This document shows positions 15,001 to 30,000 of a DNA stretch of 64,000 nucleotides, piece after piece. This stretch comes from the human T2T-CHM13v2.0 reference genome, Homo sapiens: assembly GCF_009914755.1 (NCBI RefSeq), contig NC_060937.1; one strand, written 5' to 3'. The notes beneath the pieces are model-generated. The model was not told the origin of the DNA. It made no database searches and saw nothing but the letters and a program-made list of their open reading frames with translations. Numbering within the stretch: position 1 is the first letter of the stretch; each line of letters begins with the position of its first letter. Made by a program: the position numbers and the translations under genes.

Positions 15001-18000
15001 CCATTCCATTCCATTCGAGTCCATCCCATTCCATTTAATTCCATTCGAGTCCATACCATTCCATTCCATTCGAGTCCATTCCATTCCATTCCATTCGAGT
15101 CCATTCCATTGGTTTCCAATCCAGTAAATTCCATTCTATTCCATTCGAGGCCATTCCATTTCATTTCATTCCATTCGACCGCATTCCATTCCGTTTGAGT
15201 CCATTCCTTTCCATTCCATTCTATTCCAATCAATTCCATTCCAATCTATTCCATTCAAGTCCATTCCATTCCATTCCATTCCTCTCCATTCCATTCCATT
15301 CCTCTCCATTCCTCTCCGTTGCATTCCATTCCATTCCACTCCATTCCATTCCATTTGGGTACATTCTATTTCAATAGAGTCCACTCCATTCCATTCCATT
15401 GGATGCCATTACATACCATTCCCTTCGAGTCCATTCCATTCGAGTCCATTCCATTCCTTTCCATTCCTTTCGAGTTTATTCCATTCCTTTACATTCCATT
15501 TGGGTCCATTCCATTACATTCCATTCGAGTCCATTCCATTCCAATCCATTCCATTCCATTCTATTGCATTCCATTCCTTTCCATTCCATTCCATTCCATT
15601 CCTTTCCATTCCTGTCCTTTTACTTACATTCCATTCCATTCGAGACTATTAAACTCAATTCCATTCTAATCCATTCCGTTCCACTCCATTCTATTCTTTT
15701 TCATTCAAGTCCATTCCATTTCATTCCATTCGATTCCATTCCATTCTATTGCATTCAAGTCCATTCCATTCAATTCATTTAGAGTCCATTTCACTAAATT
15801 GCAATCTATTCCATTTGATTCCATTCCATTCCACTCGTGGCCTTTCCATTCCATTGCATTCCGTTCCATTCCATTCCTTTTGAATTCATTCCATTCCCTC
15901 CCATTCTATTCCATTCAAATCCATTCCAATCCATACCATTCCATGTTATTGCATTCCATTCCATTCCATTCGTGTCCATTGTATTCTATTTAATTCCATT
16001 CCATTCGAGTCTATTCCATTCTATTCCATTCGAGACCATTCCATTCCAATAGATTCTATTCATTTAAATTCCATTGTATTCCATTCGAGTCCATTTCATT
16101 CCATTCCATTCCATCCCATTCAAGTCCATTCCATTCCATTCCATTCTATTCCATTCTGTTCCATTCCTTTCGGATCCATTCAATTCAACTGCATTTCATT
16201 CTAGTCCATTCCATTCCATTCCATTCCATTCCATTAGAGTCCATTCAATTCCATTCTATCCCATTAGAGTCCATTTCGTTCCATTCCATTCCATTCCATT
16301 CCATTCCATTCCATTCCATTCCACTCGAGTCATTTTCATTCCATTCCATTCCCTTCGAGACCATTTCATTCCATTGGATTCCATTCCATTCCCTTCCATT
16401 CGAGTCGGTTCCCTTCCTTTCCATTCCTATCGAGTCCATTCCATTCCTTTCAATTCCTTTCAAGTCCATTCAATTCCGTTCCGTAACATTTGAATCCATT
16501 CCGTTCCATTAGAATCCATTGCATTAAATTTGACTCCATTCTATTCCATTTCATTCTAGTCCCTTTGATTGCATTCCATTCCATTCCATTCGAGTCCATT
16601 ACATACCATTACATTCCATTAGACTCGAGTCCATTCAATTCCATTCCATTCCATTTGAATCCATTAAACTCCATTCTATTCGAGTCCATTCCATTCCATT
16701 CGAGTCCTTCCATTCCATTCCTCTCGTGTTCATTGCATTCCATTCAAGTCCTTTCCATTCCACTTCATTCCAGTTCATTCCTTTCCATTGCATTGTATTC
16801 CATTTAAGTCCATTCCATTCCAGTCCATTCCATTTCACTCTATTCCATTCCATTCGTGTCCATTCCATTCCATTCCATTCGAGCCCAATCCTTTCCATTA
16901 TATTCTATTCGAGTCTATTCCATTCCATTCCACTTGAGTCCATTCCATTCCATTCCATTGGAGTCCATTCCATTCCAATACATTCCATTCGAATCCATTG
17001 CATTACTTTCAAGTCCTTTCCATTCCATTTAATTCGAGTCCATTCCCTTCTACTCCATTGTACTGCATTCAAGTCCTTTCCTTTCCATTCCAGTCCATTC
17101 CATTCCATTCCGTTCCATTCCATTCCATTCCGTTTCATTCCTTTCCATTCGTGTCCATTCAATTCGATTCCATTTGAGTAAATTCCATTCTATTCCATTC
17201 TGTTCCATTCAAGTACATTCCATTCCATTCCATTCCATTCCATTCCATTCTGTTCCATTCGATTTGATTCCATTCCATTCCATTCCATTATATTCGAGTC
17301 CATTGCATTGCATTTGAATACTTTCCTTTTAATTTCATTTGTGTCCATTCCATTCCATTCAATTCTATTTCATTCAAGTCCATTGCGTTCCATTCCAATC
17401 AATTCCATTCCCTTCCATTCCAGTCCATTCCATTCCATCCAATTCCATTCCATACGTTTCATGTCCATTCCATTCCTTTCCATTGAAGTCCATTCCATTC
17501 CATTCTATTCCATTCGAGGACATTCCATTCCACTCCATTAGAGTCCATAACATTAGATTCCAATCCAGTAAATTCCACTCAAATACATTCGAGTCCATTC
17601 CATTGCATTCCATTCCATTCCATTGGAGTCCATTCCACTGCATTCAAGACCATTCCATTTCTTTCAATTCCAATCCATTCCATTCCATTCTATTGAATTC
17701 CATTCCATTCCATTCCATTCCATTCCTCTCCATTCCATTAAATTCCATTCCACTCAATTCCATTCCACTCAAATCCATTCCATTCCATTACGGTCCATTC
17801 CATTCCATTCGAGTCCATTCCATTCGATTCGAGTCCATTCCACTCCATTCCTTTCTAGTCCATTCCATTCAATTCAAATCCATTCAATTCCATTCGAATT
17901 CCTTTCGAATCCATTCCACTCCATTCCATTTGGGTCCATTCTATTATATTCCAATCCATTCGAGTCCATTACTTTCTATTCCATTCTAGTCAATTCCATT

Positions 18001-21000
18001 CGATTCCATTCGAATCCATTCCACTCCATTGCATCTGAGTCCACTCCAATTCATTCCATTCCAGTCGAGTCAATTCTATTCCATTCCAATTCATTCGAGT
18101 CTATTCCATTCGTTTCCAATCTATTCCATTCAAGTCCATTCCTTTCCATTCCATTCCACTCCATTCCATTCCATTACACTCCATTCCATTCCATTCCATT
18201 ACTTTCCATTCGATTCCATTACAGTCCATTCCATTCCATTCCATTACTTTCCATTCGTGTCCATTCCATTCCATTCGAGTCCATTCTATTCCATTCGAGT
18301 CCATTCCATTCCACTTGAGTCCATTCCATTGCATTCCATTCCATTCGAGTCCATTCTATTACAATACATTTGAGTCCATTACATTCCATTCAAGTGCATT
18401 CTTTTCCATTTCCTTCGAGTCCATTCCATTCCCTTCCATTCTATTCCATTCAAGTCCATTCCGTTCCATTCCAATCCATTCCATTCCATGCCATTCATAT
18501 ACATTCCACTCCATTCCATTCGAGTCCACTGCACTCTATTCAATTCCATTGGAATCCATTCCTTTCGATTCCATTAGATTCCATTCCATTCCATTCCATT
18601 TGAGTGCATTCCATTCCATACTATTCCATTTCACTCAAGTTGTTTCCTTTGAATTCCTTTCCATTAGAATCCATTCCATTCCTTTCCATTCTATTCCACT
18701 CCATTCGAGTCCATTCCCTTCCATTCCATTCGAGTCCATTCCATTCCATTCCATTACATTTCATTCCATTTGAGTCCATTCCATTCCATTCGGGTCAATT
18801 CCATTCCGTACCTTTTCCATTCCATTCCATTCCATTCCATTCCATTCCATTAATTTGGGTCCATTACATTTCATTCCATTAGAGTCCTTTCCATTACATT
18901 CCATCTCATTCAAGTCCATTCTCTTCCATTCCATTCCATTCGAGTCCATTCCATTCCATTCCATTAGAGTCCTTTCCACTCCATTCCATCCCAATCAATT
19001 CCATTCCGTCCCATTCCATTCCATTCTATTCCATTCCGTTCCATTCTTTTCGGATCCTTTCAATTCAACTGCATTCCATTCCATTCCAGTCCATTCCATT
19101 CTATTCCATACCATTCCATTCCATTAAAGTCCATTCAATCCCATTCTATCCCATTAGAGTCCATTGTATTCCATTCCATTCCACTCTAGTCGTTTTCATT
19201 CCATTCCATTCCCTTCAAGACTATTTCATTCCTTTGGAGTCCATTCCATTCCCTTCCATTCGAGTCCATTCCATTCCTTTCCATTCAATTCCATTCCATT
19301 CCTTTTGAGTCCATTCTATTTTGTTCAATTCCTTTCGATTCCAGTCAATTCCATTCCATACCATTTGAGTCCATTCCATTCCATTACAATCCATTGCATT
19401 AAATTCGAGTACATTTCATTCCATTCCATTTCATTTGAGTTCCTGTCATTGCATTCCATTCCATTAAATACGAGTCCATTCCATACCATTACTTTCCGTT
19501 CAACTCGAGTCCATTCAATTCCATTCCATTCCATTCGAATCCATTCCACTCCATTCCGTTCGAGTCCATTCCATTCCATTCCTTCCTGTTCTTTTCCATT
19601 CTATTCAATTGAATTCCATTCCATTCTTTCGAGTCCATTCCATTCCATTCCACTCGTGTCCATTCCATTCCATTCAAGTCCATTCCATTCCATTTCATTT
19701 GAGTCCATTCCTTTCCATTCCATTCTATTCCATTTAAGTCCATTCCATTCCTTTACAGTCCATTCCATTTCACCCTATTCCATTCCATTCATGTCCATTC
19801 CATTCCACTCGAGCCCAATCCTTTCCATTATATTCCATTTGAGTCTACTCCATTCCAATCCTGTTGAGTTCATTCCATTCCATTCCATTCGAGTCCATTC
19901 CAATCCATTACATTCCATTCGAGTCCATTCCATTGCTTTCTAGTCCTTTCCATTCCATTTCATTCGAGTCCATTCCCTTCCACTCCATTGTATTCCATTT
20001 AAGTCCATTGCTATCCATTCCAGTCAATTCCATTCCATTCCGTGCCATTCCTTTCCATTCCATTCCATTCCATTCTTGTCCATTCAATTTCATTCCATTC
20101 GTGTACATTCCATTCCATTCCATTCTGTTCCATTCGAGTCCATTCCATTCAATTTGAGTCCATTCCATTCCATTCCACTTGAGTCCATTCCATTCCATTC
20201 GAGTCCATTCCATTCCATTCGTGTCATTTCCACTCCATTCCTTTCGAGTCCATTCCATTCCATTCCATTCCATTCGTGTCCATTCAATTCCATTCGAATT
20301 CCTTTCGATTCCATTTAACTTCAATCCATTTGAATCCATTCCATTATATTCCAATCCATTCGAGTCCATTCCTTTCTATTCCATTCTAGTCAATTCTATT
20401 CCATTCCTTTCGTTTGCATTCCACTCCATTCCACTTGAGTCCATTCCATTTCATTCCATTCCAGTCAAGTCAATTCCATTCCATTAGATTATGTTCCATT
20501 CCAATTCATTCGTGTCTATTCCATTCGTTTCCAATCTATTCCATTCAAGTCCATTCCTTTCCATTCCATTCCATTACCTTCCATTCCATTGCATTGCATT
20601 CGATTCCATTACAGTCCATTCTATTCCATTCCATTACTTTCCATTCATGTCTATTCCATTCCATTCTATTCCGTTCCATTCTATTACATTCGAGTCCATT
20701 CCATTCCATTCCACTTGAGTCCGTTCCATTCCATTCCACTTGAGTCCATTCCATTCCATTCCATTCCTTTTGAGTCCATTCCATTCCAATCCATTGGAGT
20801 CCATTCCATTCCATTCGAGTCCATTATTTTCCATTTCATTCTAGTCCATTCCATTCCTTTCCATTCTATTCCATTCAAGTCCATTCCATTCCATTCCATT
20901 CCAATCCATTCCATTACGTTCATATCCATTCCACTCCGTTCCATTAGAGTCCATTCCACTCCATTGCATTCCATTGGAGTCCATTCCTTTCTATTCCATT

Positions 21001-24000
21001 AGTGTCAATTCCATTCTATTCCATTTGAGTGCATTCCATTCCATACCATTCCATTTCACTCTAGTTGTTTCCATTCCATTCTATTCGTGTCCATTACATT
21101 CCTTTCCATTCTATTCAATTTCATTCGAGTCCATTCCATTCCTTTCATTTCTATTCCATACAAGTATATTCCGTTCCATTCCATTCCATTCCATTCCATT
21201 CCATTCCATTCCATTCCATTCGACTCCATTCCATTAAATTCTTTTCGAGTCTATTCCATTACCTTCTATTGCACTCGAAGCTATTTATTTCCATTCCCCT
21301 TGAGTCCATTCCATTCCATTCGAGTCCATTCCATTCTATTCGACTCCATTCCATTCCATTTCATTCGAGTCCATTCCATTCCATTCCTTTCCATTCCATT
21401 TCATTTCCTTTGAATCCATTCGATTCCATTTGATTCCATTCGAGTCCATTCGTTTGCATTACATTTGAGTCCATTCCATTAGACTCCAATACAGTAAATT
21501 CCTTTCTATTCCATTCGAGTCCATTCCATTACATTCCATTTGAGCCCATTCCATTCCATTCCATTATATTCCAATCCATGTCATTCCATTCTGTTAAACT
21601 CTATTCCATTCCTTTCCATTCCATTCGTGTCCATTCCATTACATTAGAGTCCATTCCATTCCATTCCATTCCATTTGAGTCTATTCCTTTCCATTGCATG
21701 CGATTCCAGTCCATTCCACTGCATTCCATTTCATTCGAGTCCATTCCATTCCATTGCACTCGAGTCAATTACATTCCATTACATTTCGTTTGGGTCCATT
21801 CCATTTCATTTGAGTCCATTCTGTACCGTTCCATTCCATTCGAGTGCATTTCATTCCTTTCTTTTCCATTCCATTCCATTCCATTCCTTTCAGGTCCATT
21901 CAATTCAACTGCATTCCATTTGAGTCATTTCCATTCTATTCCATGCCATTCCATGCCACTCCATACCATTCCACTCGAGTCCATTGCATTCCATTCCATT
22001 CCATTCGAGTACATTTCATTCCATTACATTCCATTCCATTCGAGTTCATTCCATTTCTTTACATTCCATTCCATTCCAGTCCATTCAATTCCATTCCATT
22101 ATATTCGAGTCCCTTCGGCTCCATTCCATTCGATTCCATTCCGTTCCATTCCATTGCATTCCTTCCATTCCATTCCATTCCATTCCTTCCATTCCATTCC
22201 TTTCGAGAACAATCCATTTCATTCCATTCAATTCGAGTACATTCCATTCCATTCCATTCCATTCCATTCGGGTACATTCCATTCAATTCCTTTAGACTCA
22301 ATTCCATTCCATTCCATTCCATTCGAGTCCATTCCATTCAGTTTGAGTCGATTCCATTCCATTCCATTCGTGTCCATTCCCTTCCATTCGAGTCCTTTCC
22401 ATTCTATTCCACTACATTCCATTCGAGTCTATTCCATTCCATTGCATTCCTTTTGAGTCCATTTCATTCCATTTCATTCCATTCCATTCCATTCCAATCC
22501 ATTCCATTCCAATCCATTCCATTGCTTTCGTGTCCATTCAATTTAACTGCATTCCATTCCAGTCCATTCAATTTCATTCTAGTCCATTCCATTAAATTTC
22601 ATTTGAGTATATTCCATTGCATTCCAATCCATTCGAGTCTATTCCTTTCCATTCCATTCTAGTCCATTCCATTCCATTCCATTAGAGCATATTCAATTTA
22701 ATTCCATTGTATTCCATTCGAGTGCATTCCATTACATTCTGTTCCATTTGCGTCCATTCCATTCCGTTCGAATCCATTCCATTCCATTATTTTCGAGTCC
22801 ATTCCAATCCATTCCATTCTATTCCATTCAAGTCCGTTCCTTTTCATACCATTCCATTCCATTCCAGTCCATTCCATTGCATTCCATTCTGGTCCATTCT
22901 TTTCCATTCCATTCCACTCCATTCCATTCCGTTCCATTCCCTTTCATTCCATTCCATTCGTGTCCATTACATTCCATTCAAGTCCATTCCATTCCATATC
23001 ATTCTATTCCATTCCATTCCATTTGGGTCCATTCCATTCCATTCCATTAGACTCCTGTCCATTCCTTTACATCCCATTCAAGTCCATTCTGTTCCATTCC
23101 ATTCCATTCCATTCCATTCCATTCCATTCCATTCTATTCCAGTCCATTCCATTCCATTCTTTTCAGATCCATTCAATTCAACTGCATTCCATTCCAGCGC
23201 ATTCCATTCCATTCCATTAGAATCCATTCAATTCCATTCTATCCCATTAGAGTCCATTCCATTCCATTCAATTCCATTTGAGTCGCTTTCATTCCATTCA
23301 ATTACCTTCGAGACCATTCCATTCCATTGGAGTCCATTCCATTCCATTGTATTCCATTCCACTCCATTCCATTCCATTCCACTCCATTCCATTCCATTCT
23401 TTTCCTTTCGAGTCCATTCCATTCCATTCCATTCCATTCCTTTCGAGTCAATTCAATTCTACTGCATACCATTTGGGTCCATTCCATTCCATTCCATTCC
23501 ATCACATTTAATTCGAGTTCATTCCATTGCATTCCATTTCATTCGAGTCCCTTTGATTCCATTCCATTCCATTCCATTCCATTCGAGCCCATTCCTTACC
23601 ATTACATTCCATTCAACTCGAGTCCATTCAATTCCATTCCATTCCATTCGAATCCATTCCACTTCATTCCATTCGATTCAATTCCATTCCACTTGAGTCC
23701 ATTCCAATCCATTCCACTCGTGTCCATTCCATTCGAATCCATTCCATTCCATTTCATTTGAATCCATTCCCTTCTATTCCATTCTACTCCATTCAAGTCC
23801 ATTCCATTCCATTCTATTCTAGTCCATTCCATTCCATTCGAGCCCATTCCATTCCATTATATTCCATTCGACTCTATTCCATTCCATTCCTCTTGAGTCC
23901 ATTCCATTCCATTCCATTCGAGCCCATTCCAATCCATTACATTTCATTCAAGTCCATTCCATTGCTTTCAAGTCCTTTGCATTCAATTTCATTCGAGTCC

Positions 24001-27000
24001 ATTCCATTCCACTCCATTCTATTCCATTCAAGTCCATTCCTTTCCTTTCCACTCCATTCCATTCCAGTCCATTTCATTCCATTCCATTCCATCCCATTCC
24101 ATCCTATTCCATCCCATTCCATTCCATTCCACTTCATTCCCTTCCATTCATGTCCATTCAATTCCATTCCATTCCATTCCCTTCCATTCCATTCCATTCC
24201 AGTCCATTTAATTCCATTCCATTCCATTCCAATCCATTCCTTTCCATTCCATTCCAGTCCGTTCCATTCCATCCCATTGCATTCCATACATTTCATGTCC
24301 ATTCAATTCCATTCCTTTTAGGTCCATTCCATTCCATTCTATTCCATTCGAGTCCATTCCATTCCATTAGACTCCTTTCAACTCCATTCCTTTCGAGTCC
24401 ATTCCAGTCCATTACATTCTATTTGATTCGAGTCCATTCAATTCCATTCGAATTCCATTCGATTCCATTCCACTCTATTCCGTTCCATTATATTCAAATC
24501 CATTTGAGTCCATTCCTTTCTATTCCATTGTAGTGAATTCCTTTCCATTCCTTTCGAGTCCATTCCTCTCCATTTCATTTGAGTCCATTCCATTTCATTC
24601 CATTCCAGTCGAGTCAATTCCATTCCATTAGAGTCCATTCCATTCCATTTCATTGGAGTCCATTCCATTCGTTTCCATACTATTTGATTCAAGTCCATTC
24701 CATTTCATTCCGTTCCATTAACTTCCATTCCACTGAATTCCATTCGATTCCATTACAGTCCATTCCATTCCATTCCATTCGAGTACATTCTATTCCATTC
24801 GAATCCTTCCCATTCCATTCGAGTCCATTCAATTCCATTTCATTCGAGTCTATTACATTCCCTTCGCTTCTCTTCCATTCAAGTCCATTCCGTTCCCTTC
24901 GATTCTCTTCCATTCAACTCCATTCCATTCCATTCCATTCTAGTCCATTCCATTCAAGTCCATTCCATTCCATTCTTGTCCATTCCATTCCAATTCATTC
25001 CATTCATGTCCATGCCATTCCAATCCATTTGAGTCCATTCCATTCCATTCGACTCCATTCCATTCCATTTCATTCGAGTCCATTCCGTTCTATTCCATTC
25101 AACTCCATTCCCTTCCATTCCATTCCTTTCCATTCCATTCCATTCCATTCAATTCCATTCCATTACATTTCATTCGTGTCCATTCCATTCCATACGAGTC
25201 CATTCCACTACATTTGATTTCATTTGAGTCCATTTCATTCCATTTCATTAGTGTCAAATTCCATTAAATTCCAATCCAGTATATCCCACTCTATTCAATT
25301 CGAGTCCATTGCATTCCATTCCATTTCAGTCTATTCCATTCCATTCCATTCTATTCCAATCCTTTCTAATCAATTCTATTCCATTACATTCCATGCCATT
25401 CTGTTCCATTCCATTCCATTCGCAACCATTCCATTCCCTTCCATTCGAGTTCATTTGATTCCATTCAAGTTTCTTCCATTCCATTGCATGCCATTCCGGT
25501 CCATTCCACTGCATTCCATTTCATTCGAATCGATTCCATTCCATTCCATTCCATTTCATTTTAATCCATTCCATTCCATTCCATTCGTATCCATTCTATT
25601 CCATTTGAATCCATTCTATTCCATTCGAATTCATTCCATTCTGTTACTTTCCATTCCACTCGAGTCCATTCCATTCCATTCCATTCCATTTGAGCCCAGT
25701 CCACTCCATTCCGTTTGAGTCCATTCCATTCCTTTCGAGTCCATTACATTCCATTGCATTCTATTCCATTCCATTCCATTCCATTCTTGTCCATTGCGTT
25801 CCATTCAATTCGAGTCCATTGCATTCCATTCCACTCCATTTGGGTGAATTCCATTCCATTCCATTCGAGTCCTTTACTTTCCATAACATTCCATTCCATT
25901 CGGGTGCAATCCATGCTATTCCTTTCGAGTCCATTCCATTCCATTCCATTCCATTCGAGTCCATTCCATTCCATTTTAGTCATTTCCATTGCATTCTGTT
26001 CGAGTCCACTGCATTCCATTCCATTCCATTCCATTCCTTTTGGGTCCATTCAATTCAACTGCACTCCTTTCGTGTCCATTCCATTGCATTCTATTCCATT
26101 CCATTCCATTCCATTCTATTCCATTGTATTACAATGCATTTGAACACATTTCATTCCGTTACATTACATTCCATTCGAGTTCATTCCATTCCGTTACATT
26201 CCATTGCATTTGAATCCGTTCAATGCCATTCTATTCCATATGGGTCCATTCCACTCCATTGTATTCAAGTGTATTCCATTCCATGCTATTCCACTTGAGT
26301 CCATTCCATTCCATTCCATGCTATTCCATTTGAGTCCATTCCATTACATTCATGTCCATTCCATTCAATCCCATTCCATTCTATTCCATTCCATTCTTTT
26401 CCATTCCATTCCATTCCATTCCATTCCATTCCATTTGAGCCCAATGAATTCCATTGCATTCAATTGAAGTCCATTCCATTCCATTCGGGTTCATTCCCTT
26501 CAATTCCATTAGTGTCAATTCCATTCCATTCCATTCCATTCGAGTCCATTCCATTCCATTTCATTCCATTAGTGTCCATTCAATTCCATTCCATCCCATT
26601 AGAGTCCATTTCATTCCATTCTATTCCACTCCAGTCATTTTCATTCCATTCCATTACCTTCGAGACCATTCCATTCCATTGGTGTCCATTCCATTCCCTT
26701 CCATTCAATTCCATTCCATTCCAGACAATTCCATTCCATTCCATTCCATTCCATTTCATTCCATTAGTGTCCATTCAATTACATTCCATCCCATTAGAGT
26801 CCATTTCATTCCATTCCATTCCACTTCAGTCATTTTCATTCCATTTCATTACCTTCGAGACCATTCCATTCCGTTGGTGTCCATTCCATTCCCTTCCATT
26901 CAATTCCATTCCATTCCAGTCAATTCCATTCCATTCCATTCCATTCCATTCCATTCCTTTCGAGTCCATTCCATTCCATTCCATTCCTTTCGAGACCATT

Positions 27001-30000
27001 CCATTCCATTCCATTCCATACTGTTTGTGTCCATTCCATTCCATTCCATTATATTCCATTACATTAAATTCGAGTCCATTCCATTTCATTCAAGTCCCTT
27101 TCATTCCATTCCATTCCATTCAATTCCATTCGAGTCCATTCCTAACCATTACATTCCGTTTGACTTGATTCCATTCAATTGCATTCCATTCCATTTGAAT
27201 CCATTCCACTGTATTCCATTGGAGTCTATTCCATTCCATTCCATTCCAGTCGAGTCCTTTCCATTCCATTCGAATCCATTCCTTTCCACTCCATTCTTTT
27301 TTCCGTTCCTTTCCATTCCATTACAGTCCATTCCACTGAATTCCATTCCATTTCATTCGTGTCCATTCCATTCCATTCCACTTGAGTCCATTCCATCCAT
27401 TCCATTCGAGTCCATTCCAATCCATTACATTCCATTCGAGTCCATCCTATTTTATTCAATCCTTTCCATTCCATTTCATTCGAATCCATTCCATACCACT
27501 CCATACTATTCCATTCATGTCCATTCCTTTCCATTCCACTCCTTTCCATTCCATTCCATTCCAGTCCATTCCATTCCATTCCATTCAAGTCCATTCCATT
27601 CCATTCATGTCCATTCAATTCCATTCCATTCGGGTACATTCCATTCCATTCCATTCTACTCCATTTCAGTCCATTCCATTCCATTCCACTTGAGTCCATT
27701 CCATTCCATTCCATTCCATTCGAGTCCATTCCATTCCATTCGAGTCCATTCCATTACATTCAAGTCCATTCCTTTGCATTCGAGTCCTTTCCATTCCATT
27801 TCATTCGAGTCCATTCCATTCCATTCCATTTCTTCAAGTCCCTTTCATTCCATTCCTTTAAATTCCATTCCATTTGAGTCCATTCCTTACTATTACATTC
27901 CGTTCGACTCGAGTCCATTCAGTTCCAATCCATTCCATTCGAATCCATTCCAGTGTATTCCATTTGAGTCCATTCCATTCCATTCCATTCCATTAAATTC
28001 CATTTGATTCCTTTCCATTCCTTTCCATTCGATTCCATTCCATTCCACTCATGTCCATTCCATTCCATTCGAGTCCATTCCATTCCATTTATTTCGAGTG
28101 CATTCCATTCCATTCCATTCTATTCCATTCTAGCCCATTCCATTCCTTTCCATTCCATTCCACTCCATTCCATTCCACTCCAGTCCATTCCATTCCATTC
28201 GTGTCCATTCCATTCCATATGAGCCCTTTCCTTTTCATTATATTCCATTCGAATATATTTCATTTCATTCCTCTTTAGTCCATTCCATTCCATTCCATTC
28301 GAGTCCATTCCAATCCATTACATTCCATTAAATTCCATTTGATTCCTTTCCATTCCTTTCCATTCGATTCCATTCCATTCCACTCATGTCCATTCCATTC
28401 CATTCGAGTCCATTCCATTCCATTTATTTCGAGTGCATTCCATTCCATTCCATTCTATTCCATTCTAGCCCATTCCATTCCTTTCCATTCCATTCCACTC
28501 CATTCCATTCCACTCCAGTCCATTCCATTCCATTCGTGTCCATTCCATTCCATATGAGCCCTTTCCTTTTCATTATATTCCATTTGAATATATTTCATTT
28601 CATTCCTCTTTAGTCCATTCCATTCCATTCCATTCGAGTCCATTCCAATCCATTACATTCCATTCGAGTCCATCCCATTGTATTCAATCCTTTCCATTCC
28701 ATTTCCTTCGAGTCCATTCCATACCACTCCATTCTATTCCGTTCATTTCCATTCCTTTCCATTCCAGTCCATTCCATTCCATTCCATTCCACTCCATTCC
28801 ATTCCATTCCAGTCCACTCCATTCCACTCTAGTCCATTCCATTCCACTTCATTCCATTCCATTCATGTCCATTCAATTCCATTCCATTCGAGTACATTCC
28901 TTTCCATTCCATTCTATTCCATTTGAGTCCATTCCATTCCATTCCACTTGAGTCCATTCCGTTCCATTCCATTCGAGTCCATTCCATTACATTACATTTG
29001 ATTCCATTCCTTTGCATTCGAGTCCTTTACATTCCATTTCATTCGAGTCCATTCCATCCCATTCCATTTCTTCGATTCCCTTTCATTCCATTCCATTCCA
29101 TTCCATTCGAATCCATTCCACTGCATTCCATTCGAGTCCATTCCTTTCCATTCCATTCCATTCCATTAAATTCCATTTGATTCCTTTCCATTCCGTTCCA
29201 TTCGATTCCATTCCGTTCCACTCGTATCCATTCCATTCCATTCGAGTCCATTCCATTCCATTTCATTCGAGTTCATTCCATTCCATTCCATTCTCTTCCA
29301 TTCTAGCCCATTCCATTTCATTCCATTCCTTTCCTTTCCATTCCATTCCATTCCAGTCCATTCCATTCCTCTCCATTCCATTCCATTCGTGTCCATTCCA
29401 TTCCATACGAGCCCTTTCCTTTCCATTATATTCCATTCGAATATATTTCATTTCATTCCTCTTTAGTCCATTCTATTCCATTCCATTCGAGTCCATACCA
29501 ATCCATTACATTCCATTCGAGTCCATTCCATTGCATTGAAGTCCTTTCCATTCCATTTCATTCGAGTCCATTCCATTCCACTCCATTCTATTCAATTCAA
29601 GTCCATTCCTTTTCATTCCACTCCATTCCATTCCATTCCAGTTCATTCCATTCCACTTCATTCCATTCCATTCGTGTCCATTCAATTCCATTCCATTCGA
29701 GTACATTCCATTCCATTCCATTCTATTCCATTCGAGTCCATTCCATTCCATTCCACTTGAGTCCATTCCGTTCCATTCGTTTTGAGTCCATTCCATTCCA
29801 TTCCATTACATTCAAATCCATTCTATTGCATTCGAGTCCTTTCCATTCCATTTCATTCGAATCCATTCCATTCCATTCCATTCTATTCCATTGAATTCCA
29901 TTCCATTCCATTCCACTCCATTCCATTCCCTTCCATTCCAGTCCATTCTATCCCTTCCCATTCCATTCCATACGTTTCGTGTCCATTCCATTCCATTCCA

